DNA of 62,075 nt, counting the filler, from Choristocarpus tenellus KU-1152 (taxonomy: Eukaryota; Protista; Phaeophyceae): NCBI GenBank assembly GCA_964200185.2. It is 12 parts of 12 records of this genome, joined end to end, with 100 filler letters (N's around TTAATTAATTAA, not from the genome) between each part and the next. Parts side by side here need not be neighbours in the genome. Positions count along the whole stretch, not along the records: positions 33,777 to 39,105 come from CAXNAD020011135.1; positions 39,206 to 43,404 come from CAXNAD020015736.1; positions 43,505 to 46,184 come from CAXNAD020025707.1; positions 46,285 to 51,280 come from CAXNAD020012238.1; positions 51,381 to 54,636 come from CAXNAD020021228.1; 7 more parts are not named here. One strand, given 5' to 3'. Positions within the stretch are counted from its first letter, which is position 1, and each line of letters begins with the position of its first letter. Shown here piece after piece: positions 38,623 through 51,866 of the stretch. Position numbers and translations under genes: made by a program. Below the pieces are notes generated by a model. The model had not been told where the DNA came from. It searched no databases and worked only from the letters and a program-made list of their open reading frames with translations.

Positions 38623-38954
38623 CTGGAGAAGTTTTGGCAAACGTGTTACTGTGCAGTCTGCCCTCGCTATCTGTCCAAGCCTGAGGGGTATGATGTTAGT
38701 GCGTGTACGGAAAGGGATGGTGTAAGTCGGATTATGTAAGGGTTAAGCAGTGTATTGATTCCAAGTGGGCTGTGTGACTTTATCCCTTTACTTTTTGAGG
38801 TCGAGGTTGAAGATACAAACATCGATAACAGTGCCACATTCTTCAGGCGAGGGGGCGCTTAGAAAATATGCTCATGTTATGTAGGACGGTCCAGGGTCAT
38901 GTTGGTTGGGTGGTACTGAACACGTGAAAATTGGTATGATGGAAACTCAGAGCG

Positions 38955-39105
38955 GGCTCGAAGTATCTGGGGGGGGTGGCATTGTCCATTTGGGGTCAAT
39001 TTTTTCATGTCGCAATTTTTGGGTGATTTGGTTCCATACGTTGGATGGATAATGAAGGTGCACTTTTCCTGGTTTTGGTCCAAATGAACACTCTGGTGTA
39101 GACCC
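38955..39105. mobile_element. Poly-G MITE, opposite orientation, cut by contig end
   Basis: Reverse-complement match to 37075-37254 along its length. Confidence 0.9.
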
Positions 39106-39428
39106 NNNNNNNNNNNNNNNNNNNNNNNNNNNNNNNNNNNNNNNNNNNNTTAATTAATTAANNNNNNNNNNNNNNNNNNNNNNNNNNNNNNNNNNNNNNN
39201 NNNNNCCCCCCCCTTCAAAAAAATAGCATAAAACTCCCACGTATGTATGTATGTATATATGTATGTATGTATTATTTTATTTTTTCTAACCAGCCCTATA
39301 CCTCAGACCTACCTGCCCCGAGAAAAAGATGAAACAGTTGTTACACAAGATATCTCACTACTTTTTTCTTTTTTTTTGCTTCTGTGATTATATATACTGC
39401 CAATCATAATAATAATAATAATATGAAG

Positions 39429-40138
39429 GATGAGTTGGTGCTGGCGGATCCAACACTGCCTCGCTTTGTGTACTGGGACGGTGGTCTGTACCCCCTTCCC
39501 AGCAGCCTACCTTCTCTTTTGACTGACTTTTGGCTCCTTTCATGGCCAGGAAAGATCAGGTGAGTTGTGATCGGGGGTGTGTCTTGAAGGGGCATGGGGG
39601 AACAAAGGAAGAGGGGGGGGGGGGGCGAGGGTCCTAGTGTGTATGATGGCATTGTATTCGTGGTATTTTGTAGCAATCCGAGGATTAAAATAATAATCCC
39701 TTTTATTTGTATTTTTTTAATACTGAAACTCCATACAGACACATTGCATGCTCTGGAGTACTTGTTTTAAGTTTTTTTTTATCACCATCACCTGCGTCGC
39801 ACTTCTCTTGAAAACAAGAAATAAGATTTTGATAAATCAATGTTTGCATTTTAATAAGATTTTTTTTTACAATAATGTATTTTTTGTTGTTGTACATCTC
39901 TATCTCTATTGAAACAACCACTCATCGTGTGAGCACACCCCAGAGCCGGCCTCGGAGCGATCGGACTGGTCCCGCCGCCCAAGCCTTTCCCGTACGAGGA
40001 AAGCGTGAAGGAGTTTGTGACCAGGCACCTGGGAGAGGAGGCGTTTGATCGTCTGATAGATCCATTCGTGAGCGGGGTGTACGCTGGAGACCCTTCGAAG
40101 CTTGCCATCAAGGCCGCCTTGAAGAAGGTACTTGCAAG

Positions 40139-40174
<36 letters not shown>

Positions 40175-42365
40175 TATATATTATTATACCCGTATTAAAA
40201 GTAAAAAAATAGAACTGAAAAAAAAGAAATGTAATATATTTGTGTGTGTGTGTGTATTGTTGTGCTTTTTTGGTTCTATTTTCGAAGAACTGCGGTGCTG
40301 AGCTCGTCTTGCGATTTAATTTTATATTTAAAATGTCTGTATATAAGTTGTTTTTGTTACAATTGTTTTATTATCTTGATGTTAAAAAATGAAAAGTAGT
40401 GTAGGAGATGCAATACGTCTTGTTTGGTCCGTGGGTGCGGATGGATACTTATGGTTGTAGTTTATCTATTTTTTGTTTTGAGTGTATTTGTTCTTTTTTT
40501 CGCCAAAAAAATCCATCGGCCTAGCGCTCAGCAACACCCTCCTCCCCCCACTCCCCCTTCTAGGATGGGTATTGATAGGTGAGTACTGAAAGATAATACT
40601 GCATCATGTGGTAATGGTAGTGTGGGAATGCAATACGAGATTTGTATGAACATATGAAATTATTTTTTTAAATGTGTATTTTTTACATTATTATTTTTAT
40701 TACCGTTTTGCCGTTCGTGCCTTCTCTTTTCTTTCAACTTGTAATAAATATTAATAATAATAAATAATTGGTCAAGTTTTTGATTTTATTTTCTTCAATG
40801 CGTGGTCAGAGAGCACAGAGATAACCAGTTAAAAAAATTAAAATATGTTTTATGATACGCCTCTCCCGTTAAAAAAAAAATGAATAAAACAAACTTGTTT
40901 TTTTCCGTTTGGGTCATAACTCAGCACACCAATATATGTATATATATTATGGGGTATAACAAACTAGGTATGAAAACAGGCTCATAAAAGGCACCAATCC
41001 CTCTGCAGATTTCACCTTATTACACTATTATTAGTAGTAGTAGTAGTGGTGGTGGTGGTAGTATTAGTAGTGGTAGTAGTAGTAGTAGTGGTAGTAATAG
41101 TAGTGGTGGTAGTGGTAGTGGTAGTAGTAGTAGTGGTGGTAGTGGTAGTAGTAGTAGTGGTGGTAGTGGTAGTAGTAGTAGTATTGGGAGTAATAGTAGT
41201 ATAGTAGTAGTATAGTAGTGGTAGTGGTAGTAGTAGTGGGAGTGGTAGGAGTGGGAGTGGGAGTAGTAGTAGTAGTAGTGGGAGTGGTAGTAGTGGTAGT
41301 GGTAGTAGTAGCAGTAGTGGTAATGGAAGTGGTAGTAGTATTAGTAGTGGTAGTGGTAGTGGTAGTGGTAGTGGTAGTGGTAGTAGTAGTGGTAGTTGTG
41401 TTGTTGGTAGTAGTAGTAGTAGTAGTAGTAGTAGTATTCTGAGGTTGCTGCCGAATGGATACAGGGTAGTTATACTTGCCAGGTAGGTCACTAGGGCAGG
41501 AGGGAGTATGGTGTATACATTTGGATTTGAATGTATTTGTGTATGATACCTGTGTATGATATTTGTGTATGATATTTGTGTATGATACCTGTGTATGTGG
41601 TGACCTAATGTGCGGTAATCAATCAAATAGTATCGTTAGACATTGACAGCAGTACTCTAGCTGAATGTTTCTCGAAGTGATCTCTACATCCACAGTACTA
41701 CCACTACAACTACTACTCGTAAAAACGCCTTCATTTATCCAAAAATCCATCCATCCGTGTGTTTGATTATAGGTTGCTCGTTTGGAAGAGCTTGACGGAC
41801 CGGGCCTGATCGGCGGTGCTATAACGAGGCTTGAGGTGAGTGGCGTGTGGGGAAAAAAAAGAAGAAAGTCTTGTTTTTAATTTTTATTACATGTGTCAGA
41901 TGGATTCTGTTTTGGTAAAAGAGTAGGCAAAAAAAAGAACGAAAAATGTCTACTTTGTTGAAATAGTGTATGGGTAGAAGGCCGAGGTATCGTCTGCTAG
42001 GAACTTCCCATCGATTTTTTTTTTCATTTTGGTGTTTTTTTTTTTTTCAACTTGTGAACAGATTTTTTTTTTTTTTTAGATGCGTGTTGTGTATTTTCAA
42101 GTGTAGACCTCACCTGACGTTATTTTATATATATTTTTTAGATGTGTATTTGTCTGAAGCAAACGTGTGTGAATCGAAGGGGTATCCTCTGCTCAGAACT
42201 TCCATCTTTTTTTTTGTTATATTTTTTTCTTCTTAACTTGTGGGCAGAGTATTTTTCGATATTTATTTTTCGAGTGCAGACCTCACCTGATATCATTTTT
42301 TATTTTTTATATTTGTCTGAAGCTATCGCGCGTGAATCTTACACTCGACGGCTATATATAAATAA

Positions 42366-42439
<74 letters not shown>

Positions 42440-43316
42440 ATGCCTTTGCTTGACTGCTTAAAAATTTTATGTATATATATTTATCTGTATTACTTTGTTA
42501 GGGGTTAGGGTTAGGGTATGTGTATGTATAAATATTTTTCAAGAACGATCTCTTTCGATTGGTCAGTGTTAGGTTCTTCGGTGTAAGGGTTAGGGTTAGG
42601 GTTAGGGTTACGCCTTTTGTGTTTTTTACGGTTTGCATGGTGTACCTGCACAATTGGTGAGAAAAGGCCTTCCATGCAATGCATTTATTTGTTCTGATAT
42701 TTGGAGATGTACGGTAGTGTGTATTACTGAACTAATTTTTATTCATGTATGTACACGCCAAGAGAGAGAGAGAGAGTCAGTTTATAACACCATGCAGATA
42801 TATATATATGTTTGTGTGTGTATATATAATTTTTTTTCTTGATCATTACTGGTATTGACGAATGCTTTTGATTCACAGCTCTGTGAGATATAACCTTAGA
42901 TCAGGTTGCCTTAGCAATAGATAGGATACGTATACCATTACGTGTCATCTCAATTATTAATAGTAGGATAAGTACAGTGCAGAGGTTTGGGGTTAGGGTT
43001 AGGGTTAGGGTTAATCCTGTACCTTGTTCATTTCGGTGGATGCAACCATTTTTTTATTTTATTTCAATGTATTGAAAATAATCATAATAAAATATAAAAG
43101 CGTACATGAATGAAAAAAAAGAACGTGCATAAATATAAATATATTTATCTATTTATTTATTTATTTTAACAGGAACGTGATAGAGAGGAGAAGGCCCTTC
43201 CTTTCGAGCTCAGGTCGCCGGACCTACCTAAGTATAGTGGAGGGTCTCTGGGATCGTTCCGGGAAGGGTTGCAGATGCTTCCCAAGGCGGCAGGGGATAT
43301 TCTGGGAAAGGACAAG
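39429..43316 (+). CDS. PPOX: Protoporphyrinogen oxidase (HemY-type PPO), internal exons
   Basis: Exons 39429-39559, 39944-40127, 41773-41835, 43173-43316 give [80 protein letters not shown]. Confidence 0.95.
41030..41435. repeat. Imperfect (TAG/TGG)n microsatellite in a PPO intron
   Basis: About 400 bp of GTAGTA/GTGGTA units. Confidence 0.97.
42497..43013 (+). repeat. Three short interstitial (TTAGGG)n runs in a PPO intron
   Basis: Runs near 42497-42517, 42585-42610 and 42988-43013. Confidence 0.9.
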
Positions 43317-43689
43317 GTTGGTGGTATTGTTAGTGAAGTGGAGCGGTACGTGTTTTGAACACCTCGTATAATACTATTGGGAGAGGAGTGGGGGGGGGCA
43401 ACAGNNNNNNNNNNNNNNNNNNNNNNNNNNNNNNNNNNNNNNNNNNNNTTAATTAATTAANNNNNNNNNNNNNNNNNNNNNNNNNNNNNNNNNNNNNNNN
43501 NNNNCCACATTCTTGTCCTGTGCCCCCAGCCAACCAGAATTCTACCGCCCACAAACTCAGTTTACTTCATAAACTCTCACTTCTTCTACAACATTTTTTT
43601 TAATCGTTGTTGTCAAAGGATGCACCGTCTTCCTATATACAAATGGAGAAAAAGTGAGTTATTATCCATTAAATTATATCTTCTTGAGT

Positions 43690-44372
43690 TTGAGAAATGT
43701 CTAGTGACAAATCTCAGATAACGAGTCGGTCTTTCATGGTTTCCAAGTTCGATGACATATCCAAAACAATTCTCCTACTTACTATATTGCCCACAATCCT
43801 CTAATTCACTGATGAACACCATGGATCTTCAGATACCTATGAAACGTATCTCCATCGACTCGTTGTCTCGGTTTCATATTCTCTTAAGTGACCATGATCT
43901 CTTTGACACTCCTCTTCATTCATTCTTGTTTTTGAAATCATCATGAATATTAAGGATACGAATTCTTGTAAACAGAGGGAAAAAAACGGAGTGATTGTTC
44001 TTTAATTTTATCTTCTTGACAAGTAGTTGGAGAGCAGGTTTAAGAGACATCTCCATTAGCATATCTCAGATTGGAATTCTCACTCAGGGTCGTTCCTCTT
44101 TGCCTAGTTTAAGAGATATGTCCAGTGACAAATCTCCGACAAAAAGGTCTTTCCTGGTTTCGAAGTCCGATGACATATCCAAAGGCAATTCTCTTACTGA
44201 AAATATTGCTGATAGTTCTCTAATTCACTGATAAATCACCATGAATCCTCTGATAACCCCTGAAAAAAATCTCCATGGACTCGTTGTCTCGGTTTCCATA
44301 TTCTCTTGAGTGACCATGGTCTCTTTGACAACTCTTCAGTGATTCTTGTTTTTTAGAGGTCATCATGAATAT
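43690..44372. repeat. Diverged direct repeat (~260 bp twice), likely TE-derived
   Basis: 43695-43950 aligns with 44115-44372 (AGTGACAAATCTC, GATGACATATCCAAA, GACTCGTTGTCTCGGTTTC). Confidence 0.85.
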
Positions 44373-44874
44373 CTCTCTTTGCTTCCGTCACCTTGTGAAC
44401 AACTCCAATACAGTTTCTTTGGTATCCGTTTCTTTGTTATTCGTGCCAATATTGTTCGTCCTCTTGCGCTCGCTGTCTTGATAATACCTTGACCTTCCAA
44501 GTTGACAGATCTCACTTTCTCCTCTTCACCATCATGCTGTCATTATCCATCTCACTGTTTTTCTATCAAAACGATGATGTGACTGTAGTTGCCATATCCC
44601 TTTGATTCAGAGTATTTAAACCTACCACAAAAAATGCAATGTATACATTACTTTCCATTACCCTATCTATGGATAGAATTACTTATATATCCAGAAACTC
44701 CAGACCTAAAGAATTTATATTGTAGACGTCGTTGAGATATTGGACATTCTTCTGGACATATAGACTATTGGTGGCAAAACCTCAGTGAACAAAAACCCTG
44801 GTATGTAACAATTGGCCACACACACACTTAAAAGAGCAACCATTGTACCATACTTTACACAATAATACCTCATC

Positions 44875-45640
44875 ATGCAAAGGGAACGTGCCCAAGATAG
44901 CATCACAACATTACCTGGGGAGGGACCGACGCATAGAGGGACCGATTCGCTAGATGGTCTGCAGACTGGTGTACAATATGTAGAAACGAGAGGTCGTACG
45001 GTCAAGAGGCCTTTCAATCTGGTGGAGAACAAGACGGACTTGTTGCAGGAGGTCATGGCTGGGGTGTTGGGCTGGCTCAGCGTGGCATCTTCTCTCCCTA
45101 TCTGTGAGTTTCAGTACAACCTGCAACTTAATCGAGGTTGGAGAAAACGGTTCGTGAGGGGTGGTCGAGACAGGAGGCGGTTAATGCGGCAAGTATGCTG
45201 CGATCCGACCTTGGGGGACCTTCATTGTTTCTGAGCAATTGCAAGGAATAAAAAACAGGCATGTCTGCATCCCATGCAATAAACTTGAAAATCATCTCCC
45301 TGTACTGTGCGATATCTGTAAAATGCAAACTCCAAAAATACATTTCCTGTACTACCCCTCGCATCATGACCGTCCCCCAGGGTCCCTACCCTGGTGAACT
45401 GGTTTGGAATGGAGCTGAGACCATTCTCTAAATCGCACCGCAACGATTACACACGAAATATCCTCTTTGCCTGCTGACTCGTATTCTGTCCTTTTTCTTT
45501 ACTCCTCAGATGCTCAACTGTTTATTGGGGAGAAAGACTACGATGTTGGCGCGACGGGCGAAGCGTTTATGCTAGTTGCTGGGTTGAGCACTGTCGTGAT
45601 GGGCATGGTGACCAATCTTCCGATCATTGTCGCACCGTCG
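44875..45640 (+). CDS. AzgA/AZG-type (NCS2) purine permease, first two exons
   Basis: Exons 44875-45103 and 45510-45640 (phase 1): FNLVENKTDLLQEVMAGVLGWLSVASSLPI|YAQLF...LVAGLSTVVMGMVTNLPIIVAPS, parallel to the AzgA F.L....T....E..AG and MG..ANLP...APG motifs. Start codon uncertain. Confidence 0.8.
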
Positions 45641-46127
45641 GTCCTGTACACAAGTCGTGGAAGGTTTGTACTCAAATACAAGGAAGGTGTCTCATTCCCT
45701 CGCAATCGATAGGTTTTAGAAATAATACTTCGTATTTTGTAGAGCTTTATGTGTAAATTGGGATGGGGGCAGAGACTCTTGGCAATTTACATCCCTTCCC
45801 TCTCTAGGGAGGTTGGTGGACGACGTAACTCTTCCGTATCAATGATACCTCAGTGGTAACATTTAGGTATTTCCTATGTTCAAAATGCGCTATACGTATG
45901 TTTTCGATTCGACTCTTCTTACACAGTCATTTCATATCAGTGAGTGTTACATTGTAGAAGATGGAGTTATTGCATGCCACAAGCAGAATATTTCATGATA
46001 CACGCCGCACGTAGATTGTCACCCAATCGTTGGCACATAGCTCCTCTTTGGCAGTTACAAATCGTGAAAAAACAAGTCAAAATATGTTTTGACCCTGCAG
46101 CTCGTGTCACCATTCCATCCTGGTAAA

Positions 46128-46184
46128 GGCGCAAAGTATCTGGGAGGGGGTTGGCGGCTGTCCATTTGGGGTCAATTTTTTCAT
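46128..46184. mobile_element. Poly-G MITE end at contig break
   Basis: GGCGCAAAGTATCTGGGAGGGGGTTGGCGGCTGTCCATTTGGGGTCAA. Confidence 0.85.
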
Positions 46185-46284
46185 NNNNNNNNNNNNNNNN
46201 NNNNNNNNNNNNNNNNNNNNNNNNNNNNTTAATTAATTAANNNNNNNNNNNNNNNNNNNNNNNNNNNNNNNNNNNNNNNNNNNN

Positions 46285-46353
46285 CACAAATGGCGACATG
46301 AGAATATTGACCCCAAATGGACAGCCGCCACCCCCTCCCAGATACTTTGAGCC
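46285..46353. mobile_element. Poly-G MITE end at contig start
   Basis: TTGACCCCAAATGGACAGCCGCCACCCCCTCCCAGATACTTTGAGCC. Confidence 0.85.
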
Positions 46354-46499
46354 TTTATTTACTATTCAGTTTCCACTTTGTTATCCTCATCATCCACATA
46401 TTGCTTTTGTTTATTTTCTATGTATTGCCCATTTTATTTCTATTTATTTGTTTCTCTTTATTTATTATTTTACTGTTGCTCTCATTGACCCTTCTTTAT

Positions 46500-48240
46500 G
46501 AATTTATCCTCATTTTTGTCATTGCCTGTTTTGCACACTAGCAGCCTTGAGTATGCTTTGTGCTTGGGGGGCATAGGACAGGCAATAATCAGATACCGAG
46601 TAGATCATGAACGGTGTAAGTCCAATCCTTGATAGCACTTGCATTTATATAACCGGGAAGATTGGAATGGAAGACCCATGAATTGTATGCCAAATCAGAG
46701 CTATGTATTTTGTAACTTTTGAAGGTCCAGTCCAAAAGAAACAAGTGTATACTTGGATTAGGCCAGACAATTTAACGGAAATTGCATTGTGTGACCTTAT
46801 GGACACCTTGAAGGGAACGTGGATAAAATAATCACATTTGTGGTTAGAGTGATTGGAACTGGTGACGAATTCATTTTAGGCCATGTCAGAGATACATACT
46901 TTGTAAATTTTGAAGGTGTGTTTCAGAAAGAGCAAATGTATACTCGGACTAGACCAGGGGCAATCTGACTCTAATGGTATTCTGTGACCCTTGGGAAATT
47001 TCCCCAGGTTAGACAAGGATATTTTTTTACCTGTTTTGGGACTAGATTGAGTTATATATATATTTTAATAAAAGTATATACTCTTATCTGGTCAGACATA
47101 TATTGATCTTGACTGTGCCTTACGACTTTTGAGGATCCGTTCTCAAAGGAAACGAGGGTGTTGTTGATCATTGTTGGAATCCATGGGTTAATTTGGAACT
47201 GGAGTCCCTATGTTGGAAACAACTGGCAGAGTCGGAACTGAAGCCCCTATGCTGCAATTATACATGCGACCGCAGCATGATCTAAGGTGATGGATATTTA
47301 CTATCCACATAATGATTATTGCCTGAGGTAAGCATGAAGCAGGTAGTCCGTGCATGGAACATAGGATAACAGAAGTTGGAACAATGAAGTAGCCCACATC
47401 AGAACAGATAGCAATTTATGTAAGATGTTTTGATATATTTTTTTATTGTTGTCATTTTGTGTTTTTGAATACTTTTTTTTCTGCGTACATCGGGTACCTG
47501 ACCTCCTTTTTTCCATGGATTTTTTTTTCTCTCTCCCCCTTTTATTTTATATTATTCTTTCGTTTTATTTTAGTATTTTCTTTTTTTGTATTTTTTTTCA
47601 TTTTTTCTCTATCCCTTGCCTAACTTTTTTTTCCTCTCCTCTTTATCCGAACAGGTACCTGATCCCCTTAATTCCTTGTTTTGTTTTATCTTTCTTCTCT
47701 TTTGTTTTTCCTCCTTTTTTTGTTGCTGATGTTGGTGTTATTGCTTGTTTTACGCACTAGCAGCAGTCAGTATGCTTAGTGCTTGGGGGGCAAGAGAGAA
47801 GCAATAATCAGATTATACTTGCCACCTTAGGGTAGCTGTACTTTAGAAAGAGTAAATGTATACTCCGATTAGGCTGGATACAGATTTTTCCAAATCGATA
47901 AGGATATATGTTTTGGGCCTAGTAGGAGTCAGGTATTTTCTCTTCTTTCTCCTTACCACAGGATGATCTGAGGTGATTGAAGATATATATTACCTTCACC
48001 GGTGACAATCGCCTGTGGTAAGCATGAAACATGTATTGCTAGTTCACGCTGGGGGGCATGTTACTGGCGAATAGCACGAGCATTTCGTTTTGTGTTCCAA
48101 CGAAGTGCGAGCATTTGTTACAAGCGAATAGCGCAAGCATTTCTTCCCATGTTTTAGCAAATACGAACATTTGTAATAGACATATAGTGTGAGGATTGTT
48201 TCTCGCGTTCTAACAAGTGCAAACTATATACGATATTAGT
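46500..48240 (+). mobile_element. LTR-retrotransposon 3' region (duplicated 3' UTR-like blocks, PPT, LTR start)
   Basis: 47720-48090 is the reverse complement of 58560-58940. GCTGGGGGGCA|TGTTAC at 48048-48064 looks like a PPT followed by the TG of an LTR. 46500-47340 is a more diverged copy of the same blocks. Confidence 0.6.
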
Positions 48241-48499
48241 AACACATAGGTAGCCTTACAGAGCAAATTATGATTTCATAGAAGATACAGAGTAAGATTT
48301 GGAATGCATACCTAATATTACAGAAGAAAATGCCAAAGTCCCTAAGAAGTTGCAGAAGAAAGGTTTATGATTGGAGCACGTGTAGAGCAGTTGCATAGAA
48401 GACCAAAGAAATTGGGTGGATGATGAAAATACTAAGAGGGATTTTGGCCAAAGCCATCTCACTTGCCTCCAGTCTTTATATTTTACCTTGAACGAAACA

Positions 48500-51280
48500 T
48501 TGAGTCGAGCTTTGAGCTAAGCACTGAGTGGAATATCAAGAAGAGAAGGACAACTGACACCCTACAAACTGTTGTAAAGGGCAACGCCCCCATAGCGTCG
48601 TTATAAGGTCGTTGGATTTGAGTTGTACATCCTGTGGAGGTGAGTTCTGAGGGGCGCCTGTAACACTGGTTCACTACCATGAAGGTATCTCCAGGGGGGT
48701 GAGTGTTCTTCTAGCACTACCCAGAGCCTCATGGACGGAGGAGACTATCAGGGTAATGATCCCCAAACACCCGAGCAAGAACCCACATGAGCTTGGACAA
48801 ACCATTGTGGATGCAAAGGACAGGGCACAAGGGGATTCAAGATCTGGGGAACAACGGTACTGCCCTCCCGAGGGGGAGTACACGCCCAACTCCCTGTGGA
48901 TGCCCTTCATGAGGGCGAACAGCAACTCTGCACTAGGCCCCGATGGGATGCGCCCCAGCCATATCAGATCAGCCATAACGACAGATGCTGATCATGAAGA
49001 AGTGGCAAAGGTATTTACGAAGCTTTGAGGGGCTAGTCTACACCTCTCCGGAGTTTTGGACGCTCCACACAAACCTCCAGATTGTCTGCAATTGGAGAGA
49101 AGTGTCGCCCTGTTTCCTATGGCTCTTTCTTCAGAAAGGCATATGCTTCAGCCTTCTGTGCAGACTGGCGCTCCTACTTGGAGGAACACTTCGGCAGAAT
49201 GGGACAATTTGGTGTAGGTGTCCCAAACAGGGTGGAGCGTGCCCTTCACGACATTCGCGTAAGGAATGAGAGTGGTGAAAAGGTCATCAGCCTAGACGGA
49301 AGAAACGCCTCCAACAGTGTACGCCACCCCGGGACTCTACCAGGACTTCTGCCCCACGTATCCAAGGTGTATGGGGACATCCGCAACTTATTTTCCCCCT
49401 GGATGAGAGAGGGATGAAGATAATGTCATCGAGGTCAGAGGCCCAATAGGGGGACCCCCTTGGCCCCGTCCTATATTGCACGGCGACCTCCAAAGCCCTA
49501 AAGTGGGTCCCATCTACCTTGGGACCCCATCTGGATGACACATCCATTTCCGTAAGGGAGATCAACTGTAACACAACAGCTGCTTTCGAGCAGCTAAAAA
49601 CTGATCTTAATGAGGCAGGCATTGCCCTGAACGTGGACAAGACCTTTGCTGCCCCTTCCCAGGGTCACCAACCCACGCCCTCAGAACTGGAACTTCTAGT
49701 CACAGCGGGAATCAACCTGGCCCCGAACCCAAATGGTTTTGTTAAAGTGGGAACAGATGGATTCATCCAAGGCCACATGACTGAGGTGATCGAGAGATCC
49801 GGGTCACGAACACTGGCCACGCACCTCAGTGAGATGGAGGACAAACAAGTTGCCTGGCTCCTCAACTCCTGGTCCCTCTCATCCCGTTTAAGCTATTTGT
49901 CAAGGGTCACTCCCCCCCACCTAGAACGCTCCACTATGGAACAAGTAGACGATAACCCACTATGGACTCTAGAGGAGATAATGGAGGTAGCAGACTCGGC
50001 AGGAGCCACTGACTTCTTTGAAGGGATGTGTGACAATGGGTCTCTCCGCCTGGAGACTCAGGAATGCTGACTAGCACAAATATGTGAACGAGGCAGGAAA
50101 GATAGGCAAAAATACCAACTAGTACTTGCACAGATACCCACTGGTTCGGGAGGGGTTGGGCCTAACCTCTATGAATCATTGCCAACATGCAGTCTTCGTA
50201 GGATCACTGGTGGCTACTCTCCCCACCCTTTTAGCAAGGTAACAAGGGCCTCATGGAGAGTCTTTCTCACAACTCACCTATACGAGCCCCACAGTAAGAG
50301 CCCTGGGATCATCCGTCCACACCTTCCTTTCTACGGGAGTCCCTTCAGAAGACATGGCCGAAATTATTGGCCAAGGCTGGGTAGCCTGGGGGGGAAAAAC
50401 AACCCCAGCACCTGGCCCAGAGGTCCACACTCTGGTAACCCATGATGCCAGGATCACTAGGAGGGCACAACACGAGATCACCTGCCTCCTGAACAGGATC
50501 CGTTTTTACTCTTTCCGGACGCAATTGGCCGCCTTACCTGATGAAGTGAAACAAGGGAAGGAAAAATCCTCGCTAGCCCTGGCACGCCACCGGAGGCAGT
50601 GTGGACAAGGGGCAAGTACATGGGCCTCAAAACAACCCCTGGAACCAGCGAGCCAGATCCCTCCCATAGGGTTTAGACTCACTGCCAGCAGATCCCTAGG
50701 GAGGGAGGAGGCCCTATGGAACAGGTGCCCAGTGACTGGGTGCAGGAGGAAAAATGTAGATATGAGACACGTACATACCTGCCAGGAGGACAGGTTCACC
50801 AAAACACACCGATGATGAAGCGTCTGGGTCAACTCTGCAAAGGAATGGGCATCCCTTGCATTATGGAGGACGGTAGCCCATTCACAGTAGACCGGAATTT
50901 CCGCATGGATTTGGTCTTCCATGCTGGGACACTTGCGGACACCAGATCAGCTCCCTACTGGGACAAAGGCTCCTTCTAGGTGCTAAGTTTGTAGAAGTGC
51001 AGGAAGCATCTCACCTTCCACACTCATCCACCAGCTGCTGCTGAAGCTGAGCCGCGAAAGCATACCCACTACGAGCGTTCTTTTCACCCTAGTAGTTATA
51101 ACCTCAACACCTTTGCGGTGGAACGTTTTGGGCGCCTTGGTATACAAGCAGAAAGTTTTCTGGATGTGTTAGCTACACATGTGTTAGGGGGGAGAGGGAC
51201 AAGAGGCTATGTTACAGGCGCCCCTCAATGCTCACCTTTCCAGGATGTACAAGTCAAATCCAATTCACAGGCTAACGCAC
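48500..51280 (+). mobile_element. Decayed non-LTR retrotransposon with RT and restriction-like endonuclease (CRE-clade-like)
   Basis: Ordered motifs broken by stops and frameshifts: PKHP, GPDGMRPSHI, RPV, QFGVGVP, SLDGRNASNSV, GAQ*GDPLGPVLY, HLDD, CPVTGC..HVHTC, RMDLVF, EAEPRKHTHY, FAVERFGRLG. Confidence 0.9.
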
Positions 51281-51404
51281 NNNNNNNNNNNNNNNNNNNN
51301 NNNNNNNNNNNNNNNNNNNNNNNNTTAATTAATTAANNNNNNNNNNNNNNNNNNNNNNNNNNNNNNNNNNNNNNNNNNNNCCTGTGGGCCGTCCGCCTCC
51401 CCAG

Positions 51405-51526
51405 GTTATGACACCTGAAATGTTTCCTACGTGCTACCGAGCTCAGGCGACGTCCATAGCTCTCACGGTGCAGTTTGGAACTGCCACATTAGTTACCATC
51501 ACCCTCGCCACATTGGTAAGCAAAGT

Positions 51527-51567
<41 letters not shown>

Positions 51568-51826
51568 CCCTCTGTCCTCTGTCCTCTGTGGCTTTTTTTT
51601 AGAACAGACGGTTGTCTTTGTCAGTCCTTGGATATGGTGGCGCTGGAGTAAGGTAGGTTTGTGTCTTTTTTGAATTTGAATTTGAATTTGAATTTGGTTA
51701 GGTGTGATTCAAATGTGAAGATTGTTTGGCGTATTTCGAATTTGAGTGGGTGAGGGGGGGGGGGGGGGGGGGGGGGTGGTGTGNNNNNNNNNNTCTCCTT
51801 GTCGGTGCGTCGGGTTTGGTGTGTGT

Positions 51827-51866
<40 letters not shown>

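Noticed and set aside
41012-41626. 204-aa Leu/Pro/Thr-rich ORF
   Set aside because: Product of the TAG/TGG microsatellite within a PPO intron.
46128-46353. MITE ends facing each other across a spacer (also 9188-9406), as if one element spanned the gap
   Set aside because: Both sides carry the same arm of the element, so they are different copies on unrelated contigs.
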